Made by a program: the position numbers and the translations under genes
Source: an uncultured Spirochaetota bacterium
GTDB taxonomy: Bacteria; Spirochaetota; Brevinematia; Brevinematales; JAOACQ01
Direction of reading: 5' to 3'
NCBI GenBank assembly: GCA_963783575.1
Contig: CAWAOD010000016.1
Coordinates: 64,001-128,000 of the forward strand
Length of the DNA stretch: 64,000 bases
Notes under the pieces: generated by a model
What the model was told of the DNA's origin: nothing
What the model saw: the letters and a program-made list of their open reading frames with translations, nothing else
Database searches by the model: none
Part shown: positions 22,675 to 33,283 of the stretch, piece after piece
How positions within the stretch are numbered: the stretch's first letter is position 1
How the letters are laid out: each line of letters opens with the position of its first letter

Positions 22675-23613
22675 TTAATTTCCTCCATTGAATTTTATGC
22701 GTATTTTTTCCTTTTTCATGAACTCGTCAAAATCACCGATGATAATGATGCCTTTCTTGTAAAGAATGATATTTTTATAATTTTTCTGAATGTAAAGTTT
22801 GATTTTATCGATATATGCGTAAACACCCTCAAATACCATACCCCTGGCTATTATTGTCCTGTCCAGTTCTTCGGTTTCATTATTTTTACTTATCAATTGA
22901 TCCTTTTCATCCTGTAAAGCAAGCAAATGTTGCTGCAGGTCATTGTATTTTTGAACCTTTAAAGCCAGGTCCTGTTTTTTTTCCATTGGAAGCGAAACCA
23001 CACTTTTCCCGAGTAAACGAATAACTTTTATGAATTTTTCGAGGTCGTCAACCTGTTTTTTTAAATCTTCCATTTCCCGGTCAAGAATTATCAGAACAGT
23101 ATATGTATCCATCTGTTTGAAATTTGTCAACTTAACAATAGTTGTGATTTTATTGCTATTGCCGATAAAATTAGCCGCAATTTCAACGCCTGCTTCAATC
23201 TCCCCGCCCTCAATTATACCTTGATTATCAATCCCTGTATCAACCTGGAAATATATTGAATTTCTGGCAATAAGATGGGCATCCGAAGCAATTTCGGTTA
23301 CTTTGATATTATGGCCGGCCTTAAGTGTTGAATTATAAACAAATCCGGTTTCTATATCCTTGCCCGCATTAACCTGAGTTGTTACACCCCTGATGCCGCC
23401 TTTGACTATAATATTTCCGTTTATGGATTTAATTTTTGAATGAATCACATCGCCGTAAATCTCAATATTTTCACCGGCAATGATATAACAGCCGCTGTCG
23501 ACATTTCCATATATTATTAAACTCCCGGGATGATTAATAGGCTGGTTTGATGTTAGATCTCCTTTGATTTCCAGTTGATTTGCGGGTAGTTCCTTTGTAT
23601 TATCATTCGGCAT
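22675..23613 (-). CDS. Short FapA/DUF342 family protein
   Basis: Beta-helix repeats (IYGNV..G..I.A, VKGGIRG) plus coiled coil; resembles the C-terminal half of 29957-31936. Confidence 0.7.
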   Translation of the reverse strand: MPNDNTKELPANQLEIKGDLTSNQPINHPGSLIIYGNVDSGCYIIAGENIEIYGDVIHSKIKSINGNIIVKGGIRGVTTQVNAGKDIETGFVYNSTLKAGHNIKVTEIASDAHLIARNSIYFQVDTGIDNQGIIEGGEIEAGVEIAANFIGNSNKITTIVKLTNFKQMDTYTVLIILDREMEDLKKQVDDLEKFIKVIRLLGKSVVSLPMEKKQDLALKVQKYNDLQQHLLALQDEKDQLISKNNETEELDRTIIARGMVFEGVYAYIDKIKLYIQKNYKNIILYKKGIIIIGDFDEFMKKEKIRIKFNGGN

Positions 23614-23627
23614 ATTATTCCAGCCCT

Positions 23628-25226
23628 CTATTCGATCATATTTAAGAGTGACATTTTATCTTCCCCGTCATCCGGATAACTGGCTGTTAAGATATCCGCT
23701 TCGACATTTATTTGCCTATCATTATCAAATTCGTTTCTTGCAGCCTGATAAATTCTGTTTTTTATATCATCCAGATCGCTTTCGGCAATCGCAGGTAATA
23801 TTATCAGAATGCTTCCTGCGGTGTAGCGGATAACCGTACTTGTTAAAGGCAATTCTTTTAAAAGGGTTTCGTTGAAATTATCTAATTTTTGATAAGCGGT
23901 ATTTCCACTGTAGAATTGAATATATTTTGAAAAGTTTTTAAGTTTAAGCATCGCAAAAGTAACTCCGACACCAAAAGTTTCAGCCTTGCTGATATGATTT
24001 TCCATCAATGATAATACTGGATGGAAGGTATCCTGAAACCTGCTTTTTTGATCCTGGATCATCTGGGATATACGTATGGGATGGGAGATTTGTGATGAAA
24101 TAATTGAAAAAAGATCAAGAAGTTCATTATTATTCATGTTTATTGCATAATTGTCGATAGAAAAGATTATTATGCCTCCTACCTGTTTATCCAGGCTTAT
24201 AAGCGGAATAAGAATATATCCGCCGGATAATTCCATATCACCGTTTTTATAATCATCAAATTTAACTATAAATTCGATTACTCCGGGTTTGTTATTATTA
24301 AAAATAGACTCTTCCCGGCCAGAAAGATTAACCGAACAATTTATAATGGCTTCGTCCAGTCCTGCAACCTTTCTAACAACATATTTTCCGTCTTCCTGTG
24401 TAAATAAAAGTGCTTTTTTAACACCAAAACCTGTTGTTATTGTTTCCATTATCAGGGACAAAACTACCTGAGGGTCATCGCTTGAGTTTATAACTTTGCT
24501 GATTTCATAAAGAGTTGAAAGCTCGGAAAGCTTTTTATCAAGTCTTGTATACGCATTTTTCAATTCTCCGTAAAGCCCGGCGTTATCAAGCGCAACACCA
24601 GCAAGCGATGCCAGGGTAAAGAAAAATTGAAGCTCTTCATCGGTATAAGCAAGGTTTTCCGGTTTGTTGCCGATGATTATCAAACCGACAAGTTTATCAT
24701 TATTCTTCAAAGGAACAAGCTTTGTTATCTTGGGGTTGCCGGATATTGACAAATTATTAATATAAGGAAGCGCTTCGGATAGATTAATAACACCGTCATT
24801 TACTATTAAATATTGTATTAAATCCGGAGAAGCATTAAACGAACCTATATCTTCCAATCCCTTTTGATCTGATAAAATAAATGTTTTATCGGTTAATATA
24901 AAGATAGCGATTTCGGACAACCTGAATTGACCCATCAGGGTGAAAACCAAAATCTGAATAAGCTCGCTGACATTCAGGGTTGAGTTTAATTCGCGTCCTA
25001 TCTCAAAAAGTGTTTGTATATCGATAAGTTTTCTTTCAAGTTTTTCTTTAACTTCCGAAAGACCTCTGTTAAACTCGGATTTTATCTCTATGAGATCCTG
25101 CCTATTCAGGACTTTTCCTTCGAAATAGACTTCAAAATTTTTAATTTTATCATATATGGGAATATCCCTGTATTTAACAGCCTTATCTCTGAGTCCCATC
25201 CGGATCGACTCCTTATTAAATGCCAA
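23628..25226 (-). CDS. Tandem GAF protein with a degenerate GGDEF-like C-terminal domain
   Basis: LFEIGRELNSTL, LYEISKVINS, VALDNA; C-terminus has RYTAGS in place of GGDEF. Confidence 0.7.
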   Translation of the reverse strand: MAFNKESIRMGLRDKAVKYRDIPIYDKIKNFEVYFEGKVLNRQDLIEIKSEFNRGLSEVKEKLERKLIDIQTLFEIGRELNSTLNVSELIQILVFTLMGQFRLSEIAIFILTDKTFILSDQKGLEDIGSFNASPDLIQYLIVNDGVINLSEALPYINNLSISGNPKITKLVPLKNNDKLVGLIIIGNKPENLAYTDEELQFFFTLASLAGVALDNAGLYGELKNAYTRLDKKLSELSTLYEISKVINSSDDPQVVLSLIMETITTGFGVKKALLFTQEDGKYVVRKVAGLDEAIINCSVNLSGREESIFNNNKPGVIEFIVKFDDYKNGDMELSGGYILIPLISLDKQVGGIIIFSIDNYAINMNNNELLDLFSIISSQISHPIRISQMIQDQKSRFQDTFHPVLSLMENHISKAETFGVGVTFAMLKLKNFSKYIQFYSGNTAYQKLDNFNETLLKELPLTSTVIRYTAGSILIILPAIAESDLDDIKNRIYQAARNEFDNDRQINVEADILTASYPDDGEDKMSLLNMIE

Positions 25227-27042
25227 GTTTATCTAATATTTTAACATATAGGTCATAGTAATCTGATTTAGCAAATTGCTTGATCTTATCTTCCGGAAGG
25301 TTTTCCAGTAGATTGTCAAGATATGATAATACTGATTTTAATTCATCCTTTGTTTCAAGACTTAAATTACCGATATTTTCATCTATTATTTTTTCTTTAA
25401 TTTCCTTTTCCACAATTGCCTTTGCTTCATCAAATGCCGGTTTCGCAGTTTCCGATTCCGCAAATTCTGGCATTATATCAGGCTTACGCTGCTCTGTTAT
25501 ATCTTCCTGCATTTTATTTAATTCTTCAAGCTGTATTTCCTGTTTCTCAACTGTTGTTTCGGGCTTTACTTCTTCTTTAAATTCAAACCGGCCAATCGGT
25601 TCCTCCACTAACTGGATGCTTTCTTCAATTGAAGGTTTTATTTTCATTTCCGCTACTTCTTCGGCGTAAGGGATCTCTTCTTTTATTGAGACTTCTTCGG
25701 ATGTCCTTAATTCTTCAGGCAATTCAGCATTTTCAGCGGGACTTACCTCAGAGATATCTATATTGTTTAATTCATCAAGAGATAATGCAATCGGCTCGTC
25801 TTCCTCAATTTCTGCGACATCAGGAATAACAGACAGATCAAAACTGAAATCTTCAGCCTCTGCTTGAGGTGGTGCCGCTTCAACCGATTCTTGTATCTCA
25901 GGCGCCGCTTGTTCAGATTCTTTACTTGACCCTATTTCCTCCAGATCAATCCGTTCTTCTGCAAACGGTTCATTTAAGTTAAATTCAATTATTTCCGGTT
26001 GTTCAACTTTTTCCGATAATTGCTCCTCTGTAGCTATAAATTCCGTGCTTACAGGTTGAATCCCCAATGTTGAAATGGGTTCTTCCGCAGAAATAGTTTC
26101 TTCGGGAAGCGGTACAGGTTCAGCTTCTGATTTGATCTCAGGCGCTTCTTTTTCATTTCCTGTAAATTCAGGAGAAGGTATTCTCTGTTCTTCAACCGGA
26201 GATTCTTCGGAAGGAATTTCAAAACTTTCCACTCCAATTTCACTTATCGGGATTAATTCTTCTTCTTTTTCAGTTTCATATATTTCGGGGGCTTCTTCAT
26301 CAACCATGGCCTTTTCGATTACAGGAACTTCTTCTATCTTTTCAATACCACTTTTTATTTTTTCCTCAGGATGTTCTTCCGGAATAGGTGCGGCTGGCGC
26401 TTTATTCATTTCTTCTTTTTCAAAAATAGCCGGTCCTTCTTCTATTTCCAGATCTGACGAAAAGTTATTTTCTATTGGAGGTTTATTTGAAGGAAAATCA
26501 TTTGAAGGGAATTCATTCCCAGATGGAAGTTCACTTCCATAGATCATCTTATCCAATTCACTGCCGTCTATAGATATAATATCATCCTCAGATTCAAATA
26601 CAGAATCGTTTTTCATATCAGTTTCTTTTAGCTTAGATGATGGAGATATTTCATCAATTATAGGTTTTTCTTTTGGTAAGTCAGGTTCCGGAGTCTCGTT
26701 AAAAATATTTAAAGTTCCTATGCTGATATTTTGTTCCTTGGCGCTGGAAATTTCCGCTTTTTCTTCCTTTTGATTATTTCCAGAAAACGCACCGGATAAA
26801 CCGCCGTTCAAGTTAATATTAATTCCCCCAGGAATATTTCCGGATGATAAATCGATTTTATTATTGATGGAACCAAATTTAGTTTGACCTGCGCCCTTCA
26901 TTTCATCTTCCGGAGATTCAGTTTCTTCGACTACTTCGGGAAGTTCAGCCGGTTCTTTAAATTCCATATCATCAAGGGTAATTGTCTCAATATCCATATC
27001 CAGAATGAAATCATCTAATACTTCTATATTTTCATCCGGCAT
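25216..27042 (-). CDS. Very acidic Glu/Pro-rich protein with a helical C-terminal domain
   Basis: 608 aa low-complexity ORF ending ELKSVLSYLDNLLENLPEDKIKQFAKS. Confidence 0.7.
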   Translation of the reverse strand: MPDENIEVLDDFILDMDIETITLDDMEFKEPAELPEVVEETESPEDEMKGAGQTKFGSINNKIDLSSGNIPGGININLNGGLSGAFSGNNQKEEKAEISSAKEQNISIGTLNIFNETPEPDLPKEKPIIDEISPSSKLKETDMKNDSVFESEDDIISIDGSELDKMIYGSELPSGNEFPSNDFPSNKPPIENNFSSDLEIEEGPAIFEKEEMNKAPAAPIPEEHPEEKIKSGIEKIEEVPVIEKAMVDEEAPEIYETEKEEELIPISEIGVESFEIPSEESPVEEQRIPSPEFTGNEKEAPEIKSEAEPVPLPEETISAEEPISTLGIQPVSTEFIATEEQLSEKVEQPEIIEFNLNEPFAEERIDLEEIGSSKESEQAAPEIQESVEAAPPQAEAEDFSFDLSVIPDVAEIEEDEPIALSLDELNNIDISEVSPAENAELPEELRTSEEVSIKEEIPYAEEVAEMKIKPSIEESIQLVEEPIGRFEFKEEVKPETTVEKQEIQLEELNKMQEDITEQRKPDIMPEFAESETAKPAFDEAKAIVEKEIKEKIIDENIGNLSLETKDELKSVLSYLDNLLENLPEDKIKQFAKSDYYDLYVKILDKLGI

Positions 27043-27064
27043 AACCTTACCTCACAATAATATT

Positions 27065-27475
27065 TTATCCCTTTATATTAAGGCTGTTTGATTTGTTTAT
27101 AGACTCACTTTTTTTCTGGGTTTTCAGTATAGTTTCCCATGCTTCCTTTAAAGTAACGAGCAATTTTATAATCTCATTAATAATTTCTGTGTTTTTCTCG
27201 ATATTGGCTTCCAATAATCTCCTGTTTATATAAATATAAAGGCTGTAAAGATTATGTGCTATTTCTCCCGCATCAAAATTCAGAGAGGTCATCAATTCGG
27301 ATATAATATCCTGCGCCTTTATAATATTATTATTTGCGATATCCAATTTCTTATTGCTGATGCCGTCCTTTGCAATATTCAAAAACTTTATTGCCCCGGT
27401 ATAGAGCATAACTACCAGTTTTAAACCGCTTGCTGTTTCAATTTCCACCTCTTTGTAATTTTTGTAACCTTCCAT
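27065..27475 (-). CDS. fliS: Flagellar export chaperone FliS
   Basis: LVVMLYTGAI, KAQDIISELM.SL, NLYSLYIY, LKEAW. Confidence 0.92.
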   Translation of the reverse strand: MEGYKNYKEVEIETASGLKLVVMLYTGAIKFLNIAKDGISNKKLDIANNNIIKAQDIISELMTSLNFDAGEIAHNLYSLYIYINRRLLEANIEKNTEIINEIIKLLVTLKEAWETILKTQKKSESINKSNSLNIKG

Positions 27476-27544
27476 TAAGCTCCTCTTTAAACATTAAATC
27501 TTTAATCATAAATCGGCATTCTAAGCTTAATTCTTAAGAAACTT

Positions 27545-28285
27545 TTATTTCATTCTTTTAAATGCTTCAAGAATATCCATTGGAATCGGAAAAACTATTG
27601 TTGTGGCATTTTCAGCCGATATTTCCATTAATGTCTGCATATAGCGGAGTTGTAATGATGCCGGTTCCTGAACCAACTTTTGCGCTGCTTCAAGAAGTTT
27701 TTCCGAGGCCTGCAGTTCGCCTTCCGCAGCAATTACCTTTGCCCTTCTTTCACGGTCGGCCTCAGCCTGTTTTGCCATTGCCCTCTTCATTTCTTCCGGT
27801 AAAATGACATCCTTGACTTCAACCTTGGAAACCTTGATTCCCCATGGATCCGTCATCTCATCAATAATTACCTGAAGTTCCTCATTGATTTTTTCCCTCT
27901 GCTGAAGAAGGCCATCCAGTTCGAACTGTCCGAGTATGCTTCTAAGAGTTGTTTGTGAGATTTGCGAAGTGGCGAACATAAAGTCTTCTACCTCAATGAC
28001 AGCCTTATCCGGATGAATAACCCGGAAATATACCACGGCATTAACCTTTACCGAAACATTATCTTTTGTAATAATATCCTGGGGTGGAACATCAAGGGCA
28101 ACAGTACGCAGTCCGATCTTTACCGGCCTGTCAACTCCAGGGATAATAAAAACAAGTCCAGGGCCTTTTACTTTGAAGAATTTTCCGAGTCTGAAAACAA
28201 CCAGTCTCTCATATTCCGTAACAATTTTAATAGTGGCAAATAATACGATAATCAGAAAAACAACTACATAAATAATATTAAGCAT
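27545..28285 (-). CDS. SPFH/stomatin (slipin) family membrane protein
   Basis: [24 protein letters not shown]-like [10 protein letters not shown]-terminal TM. Confidence 0.92.
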   Translation of the reverse strand: MLNIIYVVVFLIIVLFATIKIVTEYERLVVFRLGKFFKVKGPGLVFIIPGVDRPVKIGLRTVALDVPPQDIITKDNVSVKVNAVVYFRVIHPDKAVIEVEDFMFATSQISQTTLRSILGQFELDGLLQQREKINEELQVIIDEMTDPWGIKVSKVEVKDVILPEEMKRAMAKQAEADRERRAKVIAAEGELQASEKLLEAAQKLVQEPASLQLRYMQTLMEISAENATTIVFPIPMDILEAFKRMK

Positions 28286-28514
28286 AAATTCCTCCAACAA
28301 ACTCTGTTTTATTATATTATAATTTAGCTATTGTAAAGTCAAGACTTTAAAGGATATTTTTTTATCTTTTCCGGCTGGTTTATAAAGTATTCAAAAGTTT
28401 GTAAAGTTGTTCTTCATCAAATATAATTAAGAAGATTTTAAAAAGTTTGCGCAGGTTAAATTTCAGGTTTAAATTGAAGTTTTTAAGTAAATATTGTTTT
28501 TAAGGAAATTTCTT

Positions 28515-29864
28515 ATGAAAATAGAAATCAGCCAGGAGCAGCGCCAAATCATTTCCCCAGCTCTGATTCAAACATTGGAGCTTGTAATGCTTCCAGCTCT
28601 GGAATTGAAAGAAAAGATTGAGGAAGAGGTAAAAGCGAATCCGGCTCTTCAACTTGAAAAAAAGAGATTGGAACATACCAAATCAAGGCTGAAAAATAAA
28701 AACTCCAGCAATTTTGACAGCCAGGCATTTCTTGAAAATCTCTCGGTTTATGATTTTAATCTCTATAAGTATATGATGGATCAGGTAATTAATTTATCAT
28801 TTACCGGTAAAGAGAAAATAATCAGCGAAATAATTCTCTCAAGTATAAATGAAAACGGTTTTCTGCAGGAGACCGATGAAAAAGGACATGTCCATCAATT
28901 GCCTCCGGAAAAATTAATAGAGAATTCCGATATTACGTTAAATGAGTTTGAAGAGGTACGTAAACGAATACAACGGCTTGACCCTATAGGGATTGCTTCT
29001 TACAATTCCTACGAGTATTTAGTCCTTCAGGCGGAAGAAAAATTCGGAAAAGAAAGCCTGGAACACTTTATAATCCGGGACTGTAAGGATTTTCTGGAAA
29101 AGAAATTATTTACAAAAATTGGCAGAGAATTGAACATAAGTTTTGATAAGGTAGTAAAAGCAATTGAACAAATAGGAACCCTGAATCTTGTTCCGGCATC
29201 AAACTTTTCGATGGGAACTCCCCAGTATATAATACCTGATGCCTTTGTTTTAGTAAATGATAACGGTATAAAGCTTACATTAAACGATGAATATATACCG
29301 GATGTAAAGCTTAACAGGCATTGTCTGGATCTTTACAGCAGTGAAACATTTAGAGGGAAAAAAACATCTCTTGATAAAAATGACAGGCAATTTTTAAAGG
29401 AAAACATTGAGAAAGCAAAAATACTTATAGAGAATCTGAAATCAAGAAAAGAAATCATTTTTAAAGTAATATTAAAGATTGTTGAAAAACAAAAAGATTT
29501 TTTTTTAAAGGGATATCAATACCAAATTCCTTTAAAATTAAAGGATATTGCCGATGAATTAAATATACATGAATCCACTGTCAGCAGGGTTGTAAGGGAC
29601 AAATATATCCAGACAAATAAGGGAATAATCAACCTTAAAAGTTTTTTTTCAACGAATATTGGAAACAGGGATACTTCTTCAAAGAGTGTAAAAGAAATTT
29701 TAAAAAGTTTTATTGAGGCTGAAGATAAGAATAATCCTTTAAGTGATGATAAAATAGTTCAGATACTAAAAAAGAAGGGAATACAGATTTCCAGGAGAAC
29801 CGTAGCTAAATACAGGGCGGAATTGAATATCCCGCCTGCTTTTATGCGGAGAAATCCTATTTAA
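28515..29864 (+). CDS. rpoN: RNA polymerase sigma-54 factor
   Basis: HESTVSR and RpoN box SRRTVAKYR. Confidence 0.95.
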   Translation: MKIEISQEQRQIISPALIQTLELVMLPALELKEKIEEEVKANPALQLEKKRLEHTKSRLKNKNSSNFDSQAFLENLSVYDFNLYKYMMDQVINLSFTGKEKIISEIILSSINENGFLQETDEKGHVHQLPPEKLIENSDITLNEFEEVRKRIQRLDPIGIASYNSYEYLVLQAEEKFGKESLEHFIIRDCKDFLEKKLFTKIGRELNISFDKVVKAIEQIGTLNLVPASNFSMGTPQYIIPDAFVLVNDNGIKLTLNDEYIPDVKLNRHCLDLYSSETFRGKKTSLDKNDRQFLKENIEKAKILIENLKSRKEIIFKVILKIVEKQKDFFLKGYQYQIPLKLKDIADELNIHESTVSRVVRDKYIQTNKGIINLKSFFSTNIGNRDTSSKSVKEILKSFIEAEDKNNPLSDDKIVQILKKKGIQISRRTVAKYRAELNIPPAFMRRNPI

Positions 29865-29866
29865 AT

Positions 29867-29944
29867 TAGCTGCCAGTCTTTAGTCGCTAGTCGTTAGCTA
29901 ATCCCGGAACAGCTAGTGATTAGCGACTAACAGCTAGCGGCTAA
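29867..29944. repeat. Inverted array of heptamer-like repeats forming a hairpin
   Basis: tagtcgc tagtcgt tagct ... agcta gtgatta gcgacta acagcta gcggcta. Confidence 0.6.
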
Positions 29945-29956
29945 ACAGGGGGTGCT

Positions 29957-31936
29957 ATGGACAGGTTGAAAGATTTATTGGATCAGGATCAGGAAAAGGA
30001 TATGCTCGGAGCAAAGAGCGCGGCTTTGCCCGAATTTACTGAAGTTGAAGTGTTTGCATTTTCAATTGAGGAAGCTTTAAAAAGCGCGGCTGAAGCATTG
30101 AATACCAGTATTGTTAATCTTGAATATGAAATCATCGAAAGAGGTCAGAGTGGATTCTTTGGAATAGGAAAAAAACCTCATAAAATTCTTGTTAAATTAT
30201 CTGAAAATACTTCATTGAATGATGAATCCCTTATTGAGGACTTTGATGTTTCTTATGATGAACCTGCTATGACTATGAATCAGGATGGAAAATTTAAAGT
30301 GCTTATTACAAAAGACGGTGTTTTGCTTAAAGTCGATCCGTCCAAAGGCAGTGGAAATCCGGTTAGCTTTCAAGTGATCCAGGCAAATCTTTCAACAAGA
30401 GAAATACAAAAATATAATGAAAATGCGATAAAAAAAGAAATTGAAGTCCCAAGCGGGAATTATGTTAAGATCGGTGAATATATACCGTCTCAATATGACA
30501 GCCGTTTTCAGATTCAGGTTTCTCCCGATGAGATGAAAGCCTATGTCACATTTACCAAACCGGAAAAATTCGGTAGGGTCGCAAGCCCGGAAGAAGTATT
30601 ATCAGGGCTGAAGGCTAAAAATGTTTTTTATGGCATTAGAGAAAACACCATAAAGGAAGCCATTGAAAATGAACTTTACAATATGCCGATTATTATAGCT
30701 GAAGGAGATCAGCCGGCTGAAGGCAGGGACGCACAGATTAAATATCATTTTAAAATGGATAAGGATGATGTAAAATTTCAGGTAAGCGATGACGGCAATG
30801 TTGATTTTCATAAACTGGACCTTATTCAAAGTGTTGTTGTCGGACAGGTTGTTGCGACCAAAATGCCGGCTGAAAGGGGAAAAGCGGGTAAAACTATTAC
30901 CGGAAGGGTTATACCTTCAAGAGACGGAAGGGATATAAAGTTGTCAAGCGGAGCCAATACACATCTTTCTCCTGACGGTTCTCAGGTAATCGCCGATATT
31001 AACGGCCAGGTTATTTTTAAAAACAATAAAATACAGATTGAGCCTGTTTTTGAAGTTAACGGAGATGTCGATCTGACAACCGGAGATATTAATTTTCCAG
31101 GCAATGTTATTATTTACGGAAATGTGAACGATACTTTTAAAGTCTATTCGGGCGCCAACATAGAAATAAAAGGTAATATCGGTAAATCAAAGGTAGTTGC
31201 GGAAGGCAATATAATAATACGGCAGGGAATACAGGGAAAAGATGAGGCATCAATTATAAGTGCCGGGGATGTTTACGCGAAATTTATTGAAAGGGCCAAT
31301 ATTAAAGCCGACGGCTATGTGATTGTTTCTGAAGTTATTCTTCACAGTAATGTTGAATGTAAGAAGAAGGTCATCTGCCAGGGAGGGAAAAGATCACAGA
31401 TCGCCGGGGGAAGAGTACGTGCTTTACTTGAGATTAACGCCAAGTTTTTAGGAGCTGAGTCTTATACCGAAACAATTCTTGAAGCCGGTATAGATCCGTC
31501 AGCGGAGGATAGGATTACCGAAATTCATAAAAGAAAAGATGAAATCACAAAAGAATGGCCGGATGTAACCCAGCAGATTTCAAACCTTACGATGTTGATG
31601 TCCGGCGGGCCGCTGACTCCTGAAAAACAGGAGCTGTTCAACACTTTGACGCTGAAAAATAACGAATTTAAACAGGAGATGAACGGGCTTGAAGAACAGC
31701 TTCACCAGCTTATGACATATCTTGAAAGCCTTGGTAAGGATGCGAAGATTGCCGCATCTAAAACAGTTTATCCCGGTGTAAAGGTAAAAATTAAAAGCGA
31801 GGTCCTTATCGTTAAAAACGAATATAAATTCGTGACATTCTTTAAGGAAGGAGCGTATATTAAAGTTGCCCCGTATGAAAAAACAAAAGAAATGGAAGAA
31901 AAAATGAAGGAAGGGACTAGAGCCAGGAGAGTTTAA
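29957..31936 (+). CDS. FapA (DUF342) family protein with N-terminal Jag_N-like domain
   Basis: SIEEALK..A..L...LEYEIIERG..GFFGIG; VDFHKL; VDLTTGDINFPG. Confidence 0.85.
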   Translation: MDRLKDLLDQDQEKDMLGAKSAALPEFTEVEVFAFSIEEALKSAAEALNTSIVNLEYEIIERGQSGFFGIGKKPHKILVKLSENTSLNDESLIEDFDVSYDEPAMTMNQDGKFKVLITKDGVLLKVDPSKGSGNPVSFQVIQANLSTREIQKYNENAIKKEIEVPSGNYVKIGEYIPSQYDSRFQIQVSPDEMKAYVTFTKPEKFGRVASPEEVLSGLKAKNVFYGIRENTIKEAIENELYNMPIIIAEGDQPAEGRDAQIKYHFKMDKDDVKFQVSDDGNVDFHKLDLIQSVVVGQVVATKMPAERGKAGKTITGRVIPSRDGRDIKLSSGANTHLSPDGSQVIADINGQVIFKNNKIQIEPVFEVNGDVDLTTGDINFPGNVIIYGNVNDTFKVYSGANIEIKGNIGKSKVVAEGNIIIRQGIQGKDEASIISAGDVYAKFIERANIKADGYVIVSEVILHSNVECKKKVICQGGKRSQIAGGRVRALLEINAKFLGAESYTETILEAGIDPSAEDRITEIHKRKDEITKEWPDVTQQISNLTMLMSGGPLTPEKQELFNTLTLKNNEFKQEMNGLEEQLHQLMTYLESLGKDAKIAASKTVYPGVKVKIKSEVLIVKNEYKFVTFFKEGAYIKVAPYEKTKEMEEKMKEGTRARRV

Positions 31937-32016
31937 TACTTATGCTTAATATTACACTTGTAGATTTTTCTGATTGAATATACTATAATAAAGTGTCTCG
32001 ATATCAGGGAGAAAAA

Positions 32017-32844
32017 ATGGATGAGAAATCTTTACTAATCCAGGCAAAAGATTATATAGAAGCAAGAATAATACATATTAAAAAGAAATATGAAATGATA
32101 TATTCAGCTACTAAAGACTATAAAAAGAAAGAAGCTTTTGTTAAAACAATATCAGATATGGATAAGGATTTAAAAAAACTTGCATCAAGCAATTTTTTAG
32201 AATCCGATTTAAAAAAATATGATATTACCGAACAGGATTTAAATGATTATATATATAATGTTCAGAAACCGAGAGCCGATGAATACAAGATTTTAAGAAA
32301 TATTAACATTGAAAAATTAAATAAATTTTCCATTAATATAGAAATTAATTCGATATGGTCCTACTTGAATTATTTTGGGAAAGAATATCTGGGATTATTG
32401 AGTGAACAGAATCTGAAGCTTGATTACGGCCATTCTTTTCAGAGGGACTCTTTTTTTACAATGTATAATCAGACAATACGGGCTCTTGACGATTACGGAA
32501 AGATTCTGGAAGAAATAGATACCGCGGGCATTAATAGCTATAAACAGTATAAGGAAAGTCTTTTAAAAGCCCAGAGTAAAGAATATAGGGATATAGTTCT
32601 TAGAACCGGCCGTTTTCTTTATTCATTGAAAACTTTCATCACCGAAATAAACGGAACCGGGGGCGATGGAAACAGCAATTTGCTTGAGCCTTCCAAAGTT
32701 GTTGAAATTAAAGGGGAGAACTCCAGTATTAACGGCTTGACGGCTAAAGGCGCCCTTGCCGATCTTGATATGTTTTTAAACGAGTTTATTGATTTTTTAA
32801 AAATCCCCGATTTAAAAAAAATATCTGAAGAAGATAAATCTTAA
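32017..32844 (+). CDS. Hypothetical protein
   Basis: 276 aa ORF with RBS gggag. Confidence 0.7.
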   Translation: MDEKSLLIQAKDYIEARIIHIKKKYEMIYSATKDYKKKEAFVKTISDMDKDLKKLASSNFLESDLKKYDITEQDLNDYIYNVQKPRADEYKILRNINIEKLNKFSINIEINSIWSYLNYFGKEYLGLLSEQNLKLDYGHSFQRDSFFTMYNQTIRALDDYGKILEEIDTAGINSYKQYKESLLKAQSKEYRDIVLRTGRFLYSLKTFITEINGTGGDGNSNLLEPSKVVEIKGENSSINGLTAKGALADLDMFLNEFIDFLKIPDLKKISEEDKS

Positions 32845-32902
32845 AAAAGATTTATCATAACGATAATTTATCGTAACGATAAAAAATCATAAGGAGAAAA
32901 AA

Positions 32903-33283
32903 GTGGCGCTGAAAACTGAAGTGACAAACAGCTTTATAGGTGAAAAATCCTTCTTTGAAGGTAAATTTCTGATAAACGGAACAATCCAGATAAATGGAAA
33001 ATTCGAAGGAAATATATTAAAAGTTGATCAGATATTTGTCGGCGCTTCCGGCAGAATAAAAGCAAATCTGGAAGCCTCATCAATAGTTATAGAGGGTGTT
33101 GTAATAGGAAATATTAAAGCAACAACGCGTGTTATGCTTCTTCCTACAGCAAGAGTTCTGGGCGATTTGAAAACACCTGAATTAATCATCCAGAATGGGG
33201 TAATCTTAGAAGGAAGATGCCTTATAAGCAACAACCTTAATGCGCCCGCCAAAGATGAAATTTTAAAGCTCTATAATGTCTAA
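32903..33283 (+). CDS. Bactofilin (polymer-forming cytoskeletal protein)
   Basis: IGEKSFFEG, INGKFEG, IEGVVIGNI, GVILEG. Confidence 0.9.
   Translation: MALKTEVTNSFIGEKSFFEGKFLINGTIQINGKFEGNILKVDQIFVGASGRIKANLEASSIVIEGVVIGNIKATTRVMLLPTARVLGDLKTPELIIQNGVILEGRCLISNNLNAPAKDEILKLYNV

Noticed and set aside
25280..26542. Ser/Phe-rich plus-strand ORFs and the other short antisense ORFs in the track
   Set aside because: Shadows of well-supported genes on the opposite strand
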